A stretch of DNA of 62,516 bases, the filler included, from Sphacelaria rigidula (lineage: Eukaryota), in assembly GCA_964200075.2 (NCBI GenBank). It is 7 parts of 7 records of this genome, joined end to end, with 100 filler letters (N's around TTAATTAATTAA, not from the genome) between each part and the next. Parts side by side here need not be neighbours in the genome. Positions count along the whole stretch, not along the records: positions 44,729 to 53,572 come from CAXNAA020009956.1; positions 53,673 to 62,516 come from CAXNAA020009957.1; 5 more parts are not named here. One strand, given 5' to 3'. The notes under the pieces are model-generated. The model searched no databases, was not told the origin of the DNA, and saw only the letters and a list, made by a program, of their open reading frames with translations. The position numbers and the translations under genes were made by a program. Below are positions 49,641 to 62,420 of the stretch, piece by piece. The first letter of the stretch is position 1, and the number at the start of each line of letters is the position of its first letter.

Positions 49641-52378
49641 AGGGGCGCATCTATATACCTGGCGAGCGATGATGCGTTGTATGAGTCATAACAGTGATCA
49701 TTCAAGATCGGGTTTGAAAATGAAGATTGGTGTTTCGATTTGGAATCAGCAACCCCTACTTACAACGTCATTGCTTTTTCTGGCTGCCGGTTGAACATGT
49801 GTCGGCGCGGAATGTAACGTTACCGATTTATTGGGGTATAGCGCAAAATGTTGCATGATGGGAGCCTCAACAAGTTGAGCTTCATATTTGATGATGATGG
49901 ACGTTCGTGTGGTGTAATACTTTTTCCACGTCTGCTCTGACTACTGCCTAGGAATCAACTCTCATCGTGCTCTTTTCCAGCTTCTGCTTATATTATGTAA
50001 TTTCACATCACAAATGAGGGCTGTTTTGGTGCCCGTCTGGAGGAGTTATTGTACTGACTAGGAAACCCGTTTCTCTCCAACCTTTTTTTCATCAGACGGT
50101 TGGCACTTCTCCCATTTCATGCGTACTAAGGTGCGGAATAATGAACTGTGTAGTTTCAACTTCTCTCAGCTTGTGGGCTGGAATGCGGTAAGACCATCCC
50201 ATACACCTCCTTCTTTCGCTTGCTATGGTAGGGAATGACAAGCTCGTGCATTCGCAGGTTGGGTAAGGTTTTTGTTAGTACTATTTCGAGTCACCGCGTT
50301 TATAAAGGTCGGCCTGCTTGATTAACTGCCGTGCCTTTCGCACTATGGTGGTGAAAAGTTGGTTGATAGATGTAGTTTCGCTGTTTTAGTAGCCATTCTG
50401 GTGACATATAATGCACGCTGACGAGACCAATTTCGCGTTTTCGCTGTTTGACTTGCCATACAGGTGACATATACTGCACCCTGAGGAGTCTAACTTCGCT
50501 TCCCGCTCTTTGATTAGCCATGCGGGTGACATGTAAATGCACATTGAGGGGGCTAATTTCGCGTTGACTCAAACACATGGCTCCAATAACCTTTTAACTC
50601 GAATAATTATGCACATGACCCATACGTTTCACCTGGAGTAGCGTTCCTTGCGGGACCCTAGTGTTTCTGGTGTCGAGGAGCAGTCGATTCTCGTCCTAGA
50701 TTTTTGCTTCTACGGCCTGTCTTGCTTGAGTTCTTTTTGTGGTGTCGCCAATGTGAGGAAGGCGTATCGCTAGAGTAGTCAAAGACCTACGGGAGAGACT
50801 GCCGTCCTGATGCCGAAGGAACTCCGAGGCTGGCGATGATCTCCTCTTGCATATGTAGGCAAGAAGGGATCAGACTAGAAATGGTCGCCAGGGGCGACCA
50901 GTACCTCGGGGGATTGGACCGTCCTAATATTAGACTCTTCCTGACATCACCCCGAGCTGTCTAGTTACGTCGGCATTACAGGATCCTCGGTAACCTGGTC
51001 CTTCCGGACCGTTCCTACCTTGTCCCTGCTTGCGCTGGTTCTTCACACATGTGTGGCATCAGTCTCTGATATGTCACTGCAAAGATATATCTTCCACACT
51101 TTATATAATTTGGTGGGCCGAGAAATTAAGAGACGAGGCGGGGTGGCCTTCGCCGGATCCATGGCGGTAATCCGAGGAGTGGGTAGTCCACGGAACCGAA
51201 GACGGGACTAACACGAAAAACAAGAAAGAAAGAACCAGCCAACGATGGCACGCAACGGAGTTGAATTAAGCAACGGAAACACATACCAAAAGAAAAGAAA
51301 AGTACCCACAAGTGACAGAAAACAGAGACATAAAGACATGCAAAATCGCACACAAACATTTCCCAAAGAAGAAAAGATAAGGAACCACTTAACTCTGGGA
51401 CACAGTCGATTTGAATCAAGCATCGAAAACACAAAAAAGTAGATTATGGTACAGAAGTGTAGACAACTACCGAAAAAATCAGAATACGGACACATCCAGG
51501 AATGAAAAATCGCAGATGTAAATTCTCAAAAAAATGAAATGAAAATTCAACCACAACAAGCAATCAATGTAAACAAAGAACCACTCTCAACAAACAAACA
51601 AGCAAACTATATAGATGCAACGAATCAGTAGGAAGACGTGGTCGTATGAACCCTCCGGCTAGACCCCCAGGGAAGGCACAGGATACCCCATCGGATAACG
51701 ACGGCAGACGAGTGGCGATGAGGTCGACAAATCAGATTGTATACATGAAGACATGCGAACACCCTAGTCCACACTGTACGATGCGGCATAACGCAGTAGT
51801 TGATATACACAGCACGAAAAAATATTGCACGACGTCCGAGGACGTCCGTCTCGGCGAAACCACACGAGGTGCATCTTACACGAAGAGCGAAGAACGTATG
51901 CCGAAAAAGCAGAATATTCACACGGCAAAAATAAGGGAAGGAAAGATCATTCAAAAGACACCCGAAAGGATACTGACACACAAATAGTAGCAATCACGGC
52001 GCTGGTCGTTTTGTACTGTACGGGGATAGGGTTTGCTGCAATGCCGTGCGAAGAAGGGAAACCCTGGGAAAAAACAAAGAACACATGAGTGAAGGAGAAC
52101 TAATTACAATCAATCGAAGAATAACACAGAAATGCAGAGGCAGCTACGTACGGCTACGACGCTCGCCAAGGGTGAAGCCAGCACACTAAGGACACGTCCG
52201 GCGGGAGTCGTCGGTAGAAGCGGAGAGTCGTCTGCAAGTTGAGTGGAGTAAGCCGTCGCAGGACCCGTCACACGGTGCCATGCCGATAGAGCCAACCGTG
52301 ATACTGTCAGGTTCGGTGCAAAACAACCGAACTAGAAGCGGCAGGTCATCCGAGCCGTCGTCCGGAGAACCAGGACCC

Positions 52379-53501
52379 TTACAGAAAGAGGCGTGAGGGA
52401 ACGAGGGCGGCACGCGGGCTGAACACCATCGTCGGAATCGCTGTCCGAGCCAACGGGGAAGTATGGCACACCTGGATCCGGACGTCGGCGGCGGCTGCGG
52501 AAGCCCGGCGGCGATTCCTCAATTCGCCTACGGCGTCAACGGCATCGGCGACCTTCGCGCGGCGTCCAGCGTGGACCTCAACCTGGTTGCACGTGAGCTC
52601 TATCCACTCGGCGTCTTGGTGGTCCCAAAAAGAGCGTCTGTCACCGGAACCGCTGGAGAAGAAACGGGTGAAAGCATGCTCACAACGGAAAAGGGTGGGG
52701 CACACCAGAGCGACAAAGTAAGCCTCGGCCCTCAACGCTTCCATGGGGTGCGCGCTCGTGGGATAAATCCAGGAGGAGCTGGGGAGGTACTCCCAATCTT
52801 GGATCATTGAGGTGAGGATGGCCACAGGAGACGGCGTCAACGGACGCAAGAGCTCCTCCCGAAAGCGTAGGACGCAAGACCATACATTCTTCTTTCCGAG
52901 ATCGAGGCGCACTCTTTCACCACCTGTCGCTGTAGTTTCCGGTATTCGGCAAGGGGTGACGTTGATCTCCGTGCACGATACGTTCTTACCCGCGGTCGGG
53001 AAGTGCCCTCTCTGCCGATACCCTTCGAGCAGTAGCCGACCATAGCTGGAGAAAAATAGAAGGCACAAGGAGAAAGGAGCGACACGAACGGAAGAGCGAT
53101 GTGAGGCAATGGACAGGAAACGAGAGGCTAGGAGGGAGGATAGGGTCCAAAGTGAAGGCCTAAAGTGAGATGCGTAATGTAGGAGGGAGAGGTAACGGTC
53201 GGGGAAACGGAGGAAGAGTTCCAGCAAATATTTGCAAGTGAGAAATGAGAGTAGCAAACTAAGAGTGTGCAATATGTAGCAAAAAAATAAAATAAAATTT
53301 GGAAGGGAAGGACGAGGAAAAGATCTTGCCTTCAAAATGTCTGTTTGCGGTCGAGGGGCTTAACGTTAATGTTGAGTCGGAGATCCGATCCCCAACTCTC
53401 GAACATCTTCAGGTTGTTGCGTACGTTCGTATTCATCTTCTTGTTGTCAGCATACGCCTTCATGATTCCCAAAGTAAAAACCCCCTGGACGTGAAGGTTC
53501 C
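52379..53501 (-). pseudogene. Replitron-like Y1 HUH endonuclease transposase, intron-containing, frameshifted, 5' part beyond the contig end
   Basis: Exon 53501-53330 NLHVQGVFTL...KPLDRKQTF(E); intron 53329-53046 (GC donor, TTTTTCTCCAG acceptor); exon from 53045 AMVGYCSKGIGR/GHFPTAGKNVSCTEIN/LAEYRKL/...LTSMIQDWEYLPSSSWIYPTSAHPMEALRAEAYFVALVCP. Confidence 0.75.
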
Positions 53502-53572
53502 CTTTTGAAAAGAGGAGGAAGTAGATTGATAGAATTGCCTCTGTGGCAAAGCAATAGAGAGCAGAAGTCATA

Positions 53573-53672
53573 NNNNNNNNNNNNNNNNNNNNNNNNNNNN
53601 NNNNNNNNNNNNNNNNTTAATTAATTAANNNNNNNNNNNNNNNNNNNNNNNNNNNNNNNNNNNNNNNNNNNN
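53573..53672. other. Artificial contig linker
   Basis: Same 100-nt spacer. Confidence 0.98.
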
Positions 53673-56633
53673 TCCAGAGACAGCCACGGCTTTTACACTA
53701 CCTCATGGGTGTCTAACTGAGGGGGGGGGTACTCATTTGTTGCTTGCCTTAGTCGTTTGACCATTGACCACGCATCCCTTTCGAGACGGAGTTTCGAGAA
53801 TGATGTCAATCACCGTGTCTGCTGTACGACGCTCTTAGTAGCTTGTTCGTACGATAGTACCCGCGTATGTCGAGATGACGTACGATCAGCAATGATTACC
53901 TTCAACTTACGTCGACCCTCGGTGAATACTTAACACGGCACAAGTCATTTTATTTTACTCGGTGTAATTGCGGAGACACGTATTTCTGTACTGTCCGTTC
54001 GATATCTCTTTGCCGTCATGCTCCCTATCTGCTCCGACACCAGAATCATCGAAGGTCTCAATACTCCAACAATTCACAAATGTGTCTCCTTGCCAACGGT
54101 GACGTAATAGGTAAAACACGACACTGCGATGCCACGGACAGCGTTTTAAACCCCTTGCGTCACATTTTCCCTCGTCTTTTTCGCTTTCAACAGTGACAAG
54201 GCTCTGTTGCAGTGGGCTCAACTTGACCAAAAATGCCACAGCTATATTGCGACGCGCGGTCGAGAAAACTGATCACTCTTTCCGTACACACAGTACACTT
54301 AACGGAAGTGACTTTTATGTTTTAGAGGCAATATTTGACTTTGCTTGTGCTTGGACCAACAACGAAAAGAAAAACAAGGACCTCGCAATCGAATGTAGAG
54401 GTACCATCGTGTAGGTCGAGAGTTGAGTTGCACTTGAGTTGCACGATAGAACCACCTACATCTCCGGATAGGCACCCAAAGGCACAAAAAAAACATTTGA
54501 ACACGCGACCGATTGTTGCGGGTTCACTCTAATTTGGCCGGAAGCGTTGACGCTATTTGTTAGCTTTGTCACTTCGAGAAAACGGACTACTTCCAGGTAA
54601 ACTGCCTGCGTGGCATTCATCTCGAATCCGACAACCAATCGCCGAGCCTTCTTGGTTTGATCTTATCCGTAGCTAATAATTTGGTGATGTTCGGCTCCAA
54701 CTGCGTCACGAGTTGTGCACGCGTGCGGTACGCATACCACTTACTGAACACTTCCACGCCGACCAAAGGATTACCGCAGGGTGTTGTGTTTGATATTCGG
54801 CGTGGTGATGAGAGACGAGTCTATGATATCGCTTTTACTTGTCAGCATCGGATAGTAGACAACCCGGATGATTTGCGAATCATGTTTCCCACTTGCTTAG
54901 GTCGATGCAAGGAGGTCTACAACGTTTCTCTCGGGAACCCTACCCCTTTCTTGCCCCTCCCCTCCACCCAATTAATTCGGGCAAAATACGGGTTTATCGC
55001 AGTTATTTCCAGCTCATATATATATATACATATACATATAATTTCAGCAGCTGTTTTAATCCAAACGCGGATATCTCGTAGTCCAGGCAGCGCCCAGCGA
55101 TCAATTATTTTTTCTCGTAAAGAATACGAGCTGGTCACAGTTGTGTCGAATCAAATACCGAATTCTCTAGGCCGGACAGCCCCTGGGCATAGTGCTTTCA
55201 TCTCCTGCAAAATGAGTTGGTGAAACTGTGATGTGGTGGATAATTACATAGTATCATGCGTAGCCCCCGTTCCCCACTCCCACCCCCGCCCCCCCCGTTC
55301 TTTCCCGATTTGATGATGGTGGGGGTATGTATCCTGGAAAATGTCACTGCGGGCCCCCTTGATTCATGAGGATTTTGGCATTCGATACTCATATTTTTTT
55401 GTGCAGTTGTGTCAATTCATATATTCTCAGTTTATGTTCTGCTCAGTGCTCGTATTTCTTATTTCGATTGTGTCGCACTCCCTACGTACTTCTGTTGTTA
55501 GTTTGTTTCGTTGCAATCACTGGTGGGTTTACTTGCGCTCTCTACTGTCTTGTATTTGGGGTTGATGGTTGTGATTTGTAATCTGTGATTGGCAATTCAT
55601 CTTCGGATCACAACGGAATGTATGCTTGATTGAGTTTCATACCGCGCTTGATCCTCATTTTTTTCTCAGAGCTCTTTCCTGTGTCTGCACGATGACTATC
55701 GGGGTGGCACACTTTCGTTGATTGGAAATGTAAACACGTATATCAACACACATGTACAGTGCAGCATGCCACCTACTTTACCCCAACTTTCCGTGAAATG
55801 GCACAGTGCCGTGGTTTCAGATTCTCGCAGTTCCAGCGATATTATTGTTTTACAACATGGGTACCGCGTTCGCCCGGCCCCGCAGCGGCCGTACCGTATT
55901 CTCAGGATACCAGATACCGGGGTACTCCAGGACCCACGATAACAAAATACCACACCCTACGTACCGCAATGTACAGGTATCAAGCACCCTGTAGTGCGAT
56001 GATACCGCGGCAGCCATGTACGATACCGTCACTCATTTTCAGTAACCATTCCCGTGGAAAGCTCTGGTGTCAATTGGTATGGTGTACACGGCGCAACTCT
56101 TGAGAGCACGAGAGCTGCACCCAGTACACCACGGGCATGAAAACCACGGTTTCCCTCGGCAGAGGTGGACAAAATGTTTATGGTTTGGTGCTTTGTTATC
56201 GTGGGTTGTATCCAGAAAATCGTAAAAAACACGCCATTGCCTTTATTATAGCAAGGAATGCGGGCAATGTGTAACGCAAAATAGCTCCTCGTTTTGTTGC
56301 TGTGATTGGTCAGAGACGACATCGCTTTCTAATGATACACGTATAGTTGGCCTCGGAAGCTACTTTGTCGATTCATCTGGGACTTCCCCCACCCCATTCC
56401 CCTCTCGAAGCCCCTGGACACTCCGGAACTGTCGGCCGAGAGAGCTGTTCCAAGGTTAGGTTCACGGCCAAAGGTTTCATCCTGCACACAATATACCCGT
56501 GTCTTGAACTTGCAGTAAGAAACTACAGCTTTCAAAATAGTAACCGAATAGTGTCAGTTTTCACTTCTTAAAAGCAGCCCTACACCTAATCGAAAAGCGA
56601 CTTACACCCTTAATCTCACGAGCGCCACCTTAC

Positions 56634-58162
56634 CTGGACGGCACATGGAAGGCAGCGTGACCGCCATCGACCAGTTCTCCAGCCCTTGCTCCTACGGATC
56701 GCACACCCAGGGCCGAGTCCAGTGCTTGCGACAACGGTGGTTGAACTGTAGATACCATATTTTCCACCTGTACCGTGCCGGACACCGCCATCCCTCGAAC
56801 CAATGACGCATTTGTCGCGGGAGCACCATCACTGCCGTGGTGATCGACGTTGCCGTCAGACAAGTCCGGAGGGGGTGTCGCGGGCGATATGACGCCTAGG
56901 CTTCGAACCCCACTGGTGAGCGATTCCATAGGATTTGTATTCAGTCGTTGGACTTTCAAGCTGCGATGGCGAGGTCGGCACCGTAAACCAGTAGACGATG
57001 ATCCGTCGGTAATCCACGTGCTATCCGCGAAGAGAGTGGGCTCGTTAGGTGTACGCACACCGTGATGATCCAGACAGTGTGATGCGCCCTCGCCTATCTC
57101 GCCGCTCGCTGCTTCACGGCCGGTCCTCATAACGCTGCCGATACTGTTCTCGCTCTGCCCCCCATCTTGCCTCATAGCGGGCGAGTTAATTAAATCCCGT
57201 GGGGTTGAGTTGCGCGGACTTCGCCTGCTGGTATGCGATGTGATACCACGGTTCGACACTGTTCCCTCTGCAAGAGACGCGCTCCTCGCCGATAGTCCTG
57301 CCGATTGCCTTGGCATAGCAGACGTCAGATTCGACCCCGCCTGCGGGATATTCCTTGTACTGTTTGTGCTAGCAACAACACCGTTGCGTCGAATGAGTCT
57401 GTGTGGCGAGCTCACTCGTCGCCCCTCATCGCCCTGTTCTTCATCTCGGTTGTCAATGCCTTCTAACGGTCGAATGCGCTTTACTCCGAAATGCTGATGA
57501 GCATCGTCCCTGACACAAGGTTTTTCTGCCCGAGCCTTGCGAGGCCGTGCTCTTCGTGTGTCTCGCGCCCCCCCGGATGTTCGTCGGACCGCGCACATAA
57601 TCGGAACTCCGTCTGAAGATCCCTGGTTGCCCCCACCAACAGTTGCAACGGTCGCGACACCACCTGCCGAGTGAAATATCTGAGATTGAAAGCCACCCCT
57701 ACTTGTTGCTGCGTGCTCCGCCACGTGTTGCGATTCTCTCTCGCGTCGGCCTCTGCGGTGGGAGCTCCAACCCCGAGGAGACCAGTCATCACGTGCTGCC
57801 GTAGCTTCCGCCGTTGCGATTGGGCCGAGGTTACGGCCGGCGCCGGCAAGCAAGGGTGCGGGTACAGGTGCTGTTCTGCCAGAGGATGCTTGCACGCGAT
57901 TGCCGCCAACGGCGGCATGACCTCTTTCACGGTTGTCTCGCGAAACAAAGGCCACATTGTCCCCGGGATGGGGCACTGTGTCTCTGTTCACGGCATAGTC
58001 GCCTTGCATGTTGAAGCGTCTTGGATTCCCTGCCGCGCTAGGCCAGTGCTGTAGATCGCGTGGCGGAGCTTCGTCCAGATTTGCATTGGTGGGGCTTGTT
58101 ATCGCAAAGCTAATCATCATTCCTGCCGATACTCGAGAGGAGGCCGCCTGCGGTTCCGCCAT
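56634..58162 (-). CDS. Long first exon of an uncharacterised low-complexity (Ser/Gly/Arg/Ala-rich) protein
   Basis: Within an uninterrupted 526-codon ORF; ATG at 58162 (MAEPQAASS); donor CCAG|GTAAGG at 56634; candidate next acceptor near 56482. Confidence 0.55.
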
Positions 58163-59530
58163 CCCACCGTGTGTAAGCTGGTCTCGTCGCGAACGAGGCA
58201 AGACGAGCACGCGCTAGCGAACGTTTACTGGCAGCACTCCCGCGGTCGATTGCGTAAGCCTGCTGCACTGTATGGTGGCGGCGGTTAGGATCAAAGTATG
58301 ACTGGGAATTGAGGGATTGTTAGGATAGCGGCGAGGAGTTGTTGGGGTGTGCTTCCTTGTACGGGGTTTCTCCGAGTCGGTGCGGGGCTGTGAACCGAAA
58401 CGAGTGTAAATCATGATCGCTCTGAACATCTCCCGCTTCCACAATCTACGGTTTTGATGTGATGGATCTACAAAAAACAAACATGTCACGAGCTCCCATG
58501 TCCGGGATTCGTAATTTGAATGTTGCTCTGTGCACCAACAACAGTCAACACATTGTTGGTACAACTGTCTTCGTTCATGGATACGAAGGGAGAGTGAGCG
58601 TAGAGATGTAGATCTGTTAGAAGAAACAAGATACTTCGGTGAAGGGGGGGGAAACAGGCTTCGGTGACAGGGCCCGGCGCCCTTAAAAGTGACGTGGCGT
58701 TGAGGATGCAACCCACGAGATGCTCTCCACAACAAGTCTGATATACTGATTTGTGAATCGAGTGTGACGTAAAAAAACAACTATTTTCTTTTAGGTTACC
58801 CCGCGTTTCAGGATACCTAGCCAGCCAGCTTAACCAGTCCATCAGTCAACGTTCTACTAGACGCTAGTAAACCAGAGGCCGCGGTGGACGACGCAATCTA
58901 CGAAGTGTAGAGCCCTCGAGATATTTCGGGTAGTTATGGAAGTGCGGTGGCGGCTATTCGCGAGGGATGTGCTGTCCATGACCTCCTCATTTGAATTTGG
59001 CCGGCCATTGCGTACTGTGCGAGGTCTGAGGCTGTTAGGTGTAGTGGTGCATAGATCAAAACCTACTGCTGGTGCTGGCTTAGGATATGCTGGGACAAGA
59101 ATCGGTACTGTTGCGGCGGATTTGGCGGGGATGGGTATACTTGGAGTTGGTGAGTTCATAAATCCCCACTCGCGCGATATGCGTAGCCACAGCTCAGTAC
59201 AGTAAAGTACGGTACGATGAATACAAATGGGGTCAAATACCAGCAAGTAGTAGTAGTACGGACCGTGCGCCCCCTTCTACTTCGTGTATTTGTGATGGAA
59301 GAACAATCCAACGAGAGCATGTGCTCTGCTGTACGACATGCGCCGATAATGCTTGCTACTGTAGTGTTTCACACTCAGAACGAATAAACGACTCGTCCCG
59401 TACGAATCGTGGTTGGGAAAAATACGGACTTGGATGAAAATCGAGGGCGGGGGGAAGGTATCTCAAAACTATCCAGCACAAGCCTCAGGCGAAAAATATC
59501 GATGAGTGACTTATCTTGTACTACTGTTAA

Positions 59531-59628
59531 CCCTTAGACCGCGAGGTTAGTCTTCTGTTGAATCGGCATCAATTTCAAGTTTTAAAAAGTCTGCATGATC
59601 CAGAAAGACTAATGTCGCGGTGTAAGGG
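59531..59628. mobile_element. 98-bp piggyBac-like MITE, opposite orientation to 43555-43652
   Basis: TTAA|CCCTTAGACCGCGAGGTTAGTCTTCTGTTGAATCGGCATC...TGTAAGGG|TCAA. Confidence 0.88.
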
Positions 59629-60340
59629 TCAACACGTCTCTGAGGAGCCTGGAATTCCTTCTTCTCACCGATGAGTGGTGTTGTGACGCTGTGGCCGATC
59701 TGGTCGCCAGAACCGATGTTGGCCGCTGTAGTCACGGTGGCAGAAGCTTCCGTGCGGGGGTGATGAAGGAAAGTTGAAATATATACCACAATAATAGATT
59801 TTTTTTGTAATATCGATGACTCGATATGTACACCCGATTCCCTGGTGGTTCCAACACGAAAACCCGAAAGTTGAAGTCTGGTGGAGAACTGAAGACTGAG
59901 GACAAAGGGAGGTGCGCAGCACCCTGCAGCCCATAAGAAAACACTCGTAGGAATCGCTGCACAATTTTGCAGACAACCCCCTGCCCCCATTTCTATCGGT
60001 TTCATGATGCATTCCTTGCCCACCAAGGTCCCTAGCCCCGATAACAGACACACCTTGAGACAGGCATGACCCTCGGTCCTCTGAACAATCTCAGAACCTC
60101 TCGGCTACGGTGAACCTTCCCCGAAGAGCGTGCCCAAACCCTACGACCTCCCTGAAACGGTATGTAAGCTGCCACGTCCATCCCGTCAGACCACTGTACT
60201 TTGGCCATTTGCTTGGGGTGGTTTGAATACCACCCCCCCTCAGAATTTAATCTCTGCCGTAGAAAAACATGCCAATTTGACTGATTATGAGACTGAAAAC
60301 TGTGCTCGCGACAAGTAGGGGAAATGGCGAAAATATAGTA

Positions 60341-62420
60341 CAGCACGAATCACGTGAAGAAAAATATTTGAATCTTTGGAAGAATCCTGCCGTGGGAATC
60401 AAGGGAGGGGAAACGTGCGAGAGAGTCGTACCGTACGGATAATGATCAAACTGTGAAAATGTGCGAAATAGTTATATATTAATAGTACGAATCAAGAGTG
60501 GGAGAAATGTTTGGACGAGAACGAGTCATACCATACGAAACAACGGTACGGAATACGTTGGATGAGCGCTTAGGATAGCGTATGATACTCCAGGTACTCT
60601 CTGGATTGTTTCAGAATATTTTCAGTGCTCAGTACTTCAGAATACGTGGAGTATCGACTGCCGAAAGTATCGAGTATTCCGGAGTACCTGGGGTGTCGGC
60701 ACCTCAAAATGACTCGCTTCCGTACTCCACCTTGTCCAAAGTGTCTTTGCAGCGCTCATCACTTTCGTAGCGGCAAGGATCAGTCCATTTTAACTTGACG
60801 GCTCTTGTTGGATTGTTCCTTGCACACGTTTTCCCGATCCTCGGACGGGGCTCTTTCAGCGTACACCTTGAGTCGATGTGCATTCTGTAAAATCGTTTTC
60901 GAATGTTTCCTCTCGTATCATCATGTGAACAAGTGGGTAAGTATATGGTACGTGTGTACTGACCACTTGATTCGCGGTTTTCAGCGCTCAGGTCACAGGT
61001 CACGGGGACGCTTTTGTATGTGCACGATGAGGTCCCGACAACAGAGCGCGGATTCTTGAAAGAGTAAAGGGTAACTGACTACTCCGGAGCACCGCGAGTA
61101 TCGAAAGTAATGTGTATCAAGATTGTCGTTAGTACTCAGTACTGGAGTGCACCTGGAGCATTGACCGCCGAAAATACCTAGTATCGACACTGCGAATTGC
61201 TTTTACCCATATTCTATCCTTTCCTAAGCACCTTCAAGATGTTACAAAGGGACATACCGCACGAATCAAGCATGGGGGGAATGTGTAAAGGAACCATACC
61301 GTACGAATCAATGGTACGGAAAATGTGCATAAGATTGTGCCGAACGAATAGAATCAACGGTATCAAGTGTATCAAGGGTGGAAAAGACGTGGTGAGTAGT
61401 CGTCCAGTACGAATCAAGGGTGAGATAAATATTGGAAAGAGTTATGGCGTACCGTACGAATCGAGGGCAAGGGTTATGACACATCGTACCGTGTGAGTCA
61501 ACCCTTAGACAGCGAACGTCGCCTCGGAACAGTTTCACAGGCTGACAGTCCGGAGACTTCCAGGGGTTTCCAGTGGGGGGGGTGGTTTTTGAGGGAGGGA
61601 GGGGGGGTTCTGTCCGCAGAGCAGCCGGAAAGCTCACCAAGTCAACCATGTGTGTTTGGACGTTTCCCGAGAAAGATTCTAAGCCAGGAACGAGGCCCGA
61701 GACGTGCGGAATGACCATTCTGACCAATCACGGCCGTCGAAATGAGCATTTAGTTTCCCTATAGATGGGCTACTTCGCTGTCTGGCGGTGTTTCTCATTT
61801 TGTTGATGGCAATTCAACCATAGATTACCTGGGCATAAATAACGCGTTTTGTACCCTGCTCGTGGTCTGTGCCCCCTTTGTGACCCTCATGTGTTTTCCA
61901 GCATAGCTTCACACTGCCTGCAGTATTGTTGTGGAACACTTAGAGGTATCAGCAGCATGCAGTAAATTATGCTCAGTGGAGGGTGATGGCACGCTGACTG
62001 TTTCTTGGCGTTGTATCCTGCGGAGACATACCGCACACATACTGACTCTGCGTGCTATAGACTGCACCGTCAACACCGGTCAGGGGTTCTCCGGAACTAT
62101 TTTCTATGTAGATGCCCAGCATCCCCATGATCATGGCAAAAGGCATTTTGCGTAGCGAGAAAAGAGCTGTGCTGAACCCCAAATGTGGCGTAGTCCATCT
62201 CAATCCACCTGCGGGGGGGTCGCTGTCTAAGCGTCAAGAGCGGGAAAAATGCTGGAAAGAAGCGTGTCGTACGAATCAAGGATGGGGGGAAAGTTGGAAA
62301 GAGCCATGCTGTAGCGGGCGAATCAAGGTCAAGGGAGGTGTTGCCATAATTCGTACCGTACGAATCAAGGGTGTGGAAAATGTTGGAAAGAGTCATGCTG
62401 TACCGCACGGATCAGGGGGG
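60341..62420 (+). repeat. Degenerate ~40-45-bp minisatellite (core ACCGTACGAATCAAGG), interrupted by insertions
   Basis: Blocks at ~60341-60560, 61250-61501 and 62234-62420; inter-core sequence is also related (GGRAAATGTTGGAAAGAGTCAT). Confidence 0.8.
61502..62233. mobile_element. 732-bp piggyBac-like non-autonomous element with TCAA TSD
   Basis: TCAA|CCCTTAGACAGCGA...TCGCTGTCTAAGCG|TCAA; same TIR as the 98-bp MITEs. Confidence 0.85.

Noticed and set aside
54500-56480. Faint Wee1-like kinase fragments (LGDW, DSR*MPR, RQSS) downstream of the 526-aa ORF
   Set aside because: No intact kinase motifs (HRD/HLD, DFG, VAIK); resemblance is at chance level
60341-62420. CRISPR-like spacing of ACCGTACGAATCAAGG cores
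   Set aside because: Cores are short and degenerate, the spacers are mutually homologous, no cas genes are present and the context is eukaryotic; this is a minisatellite
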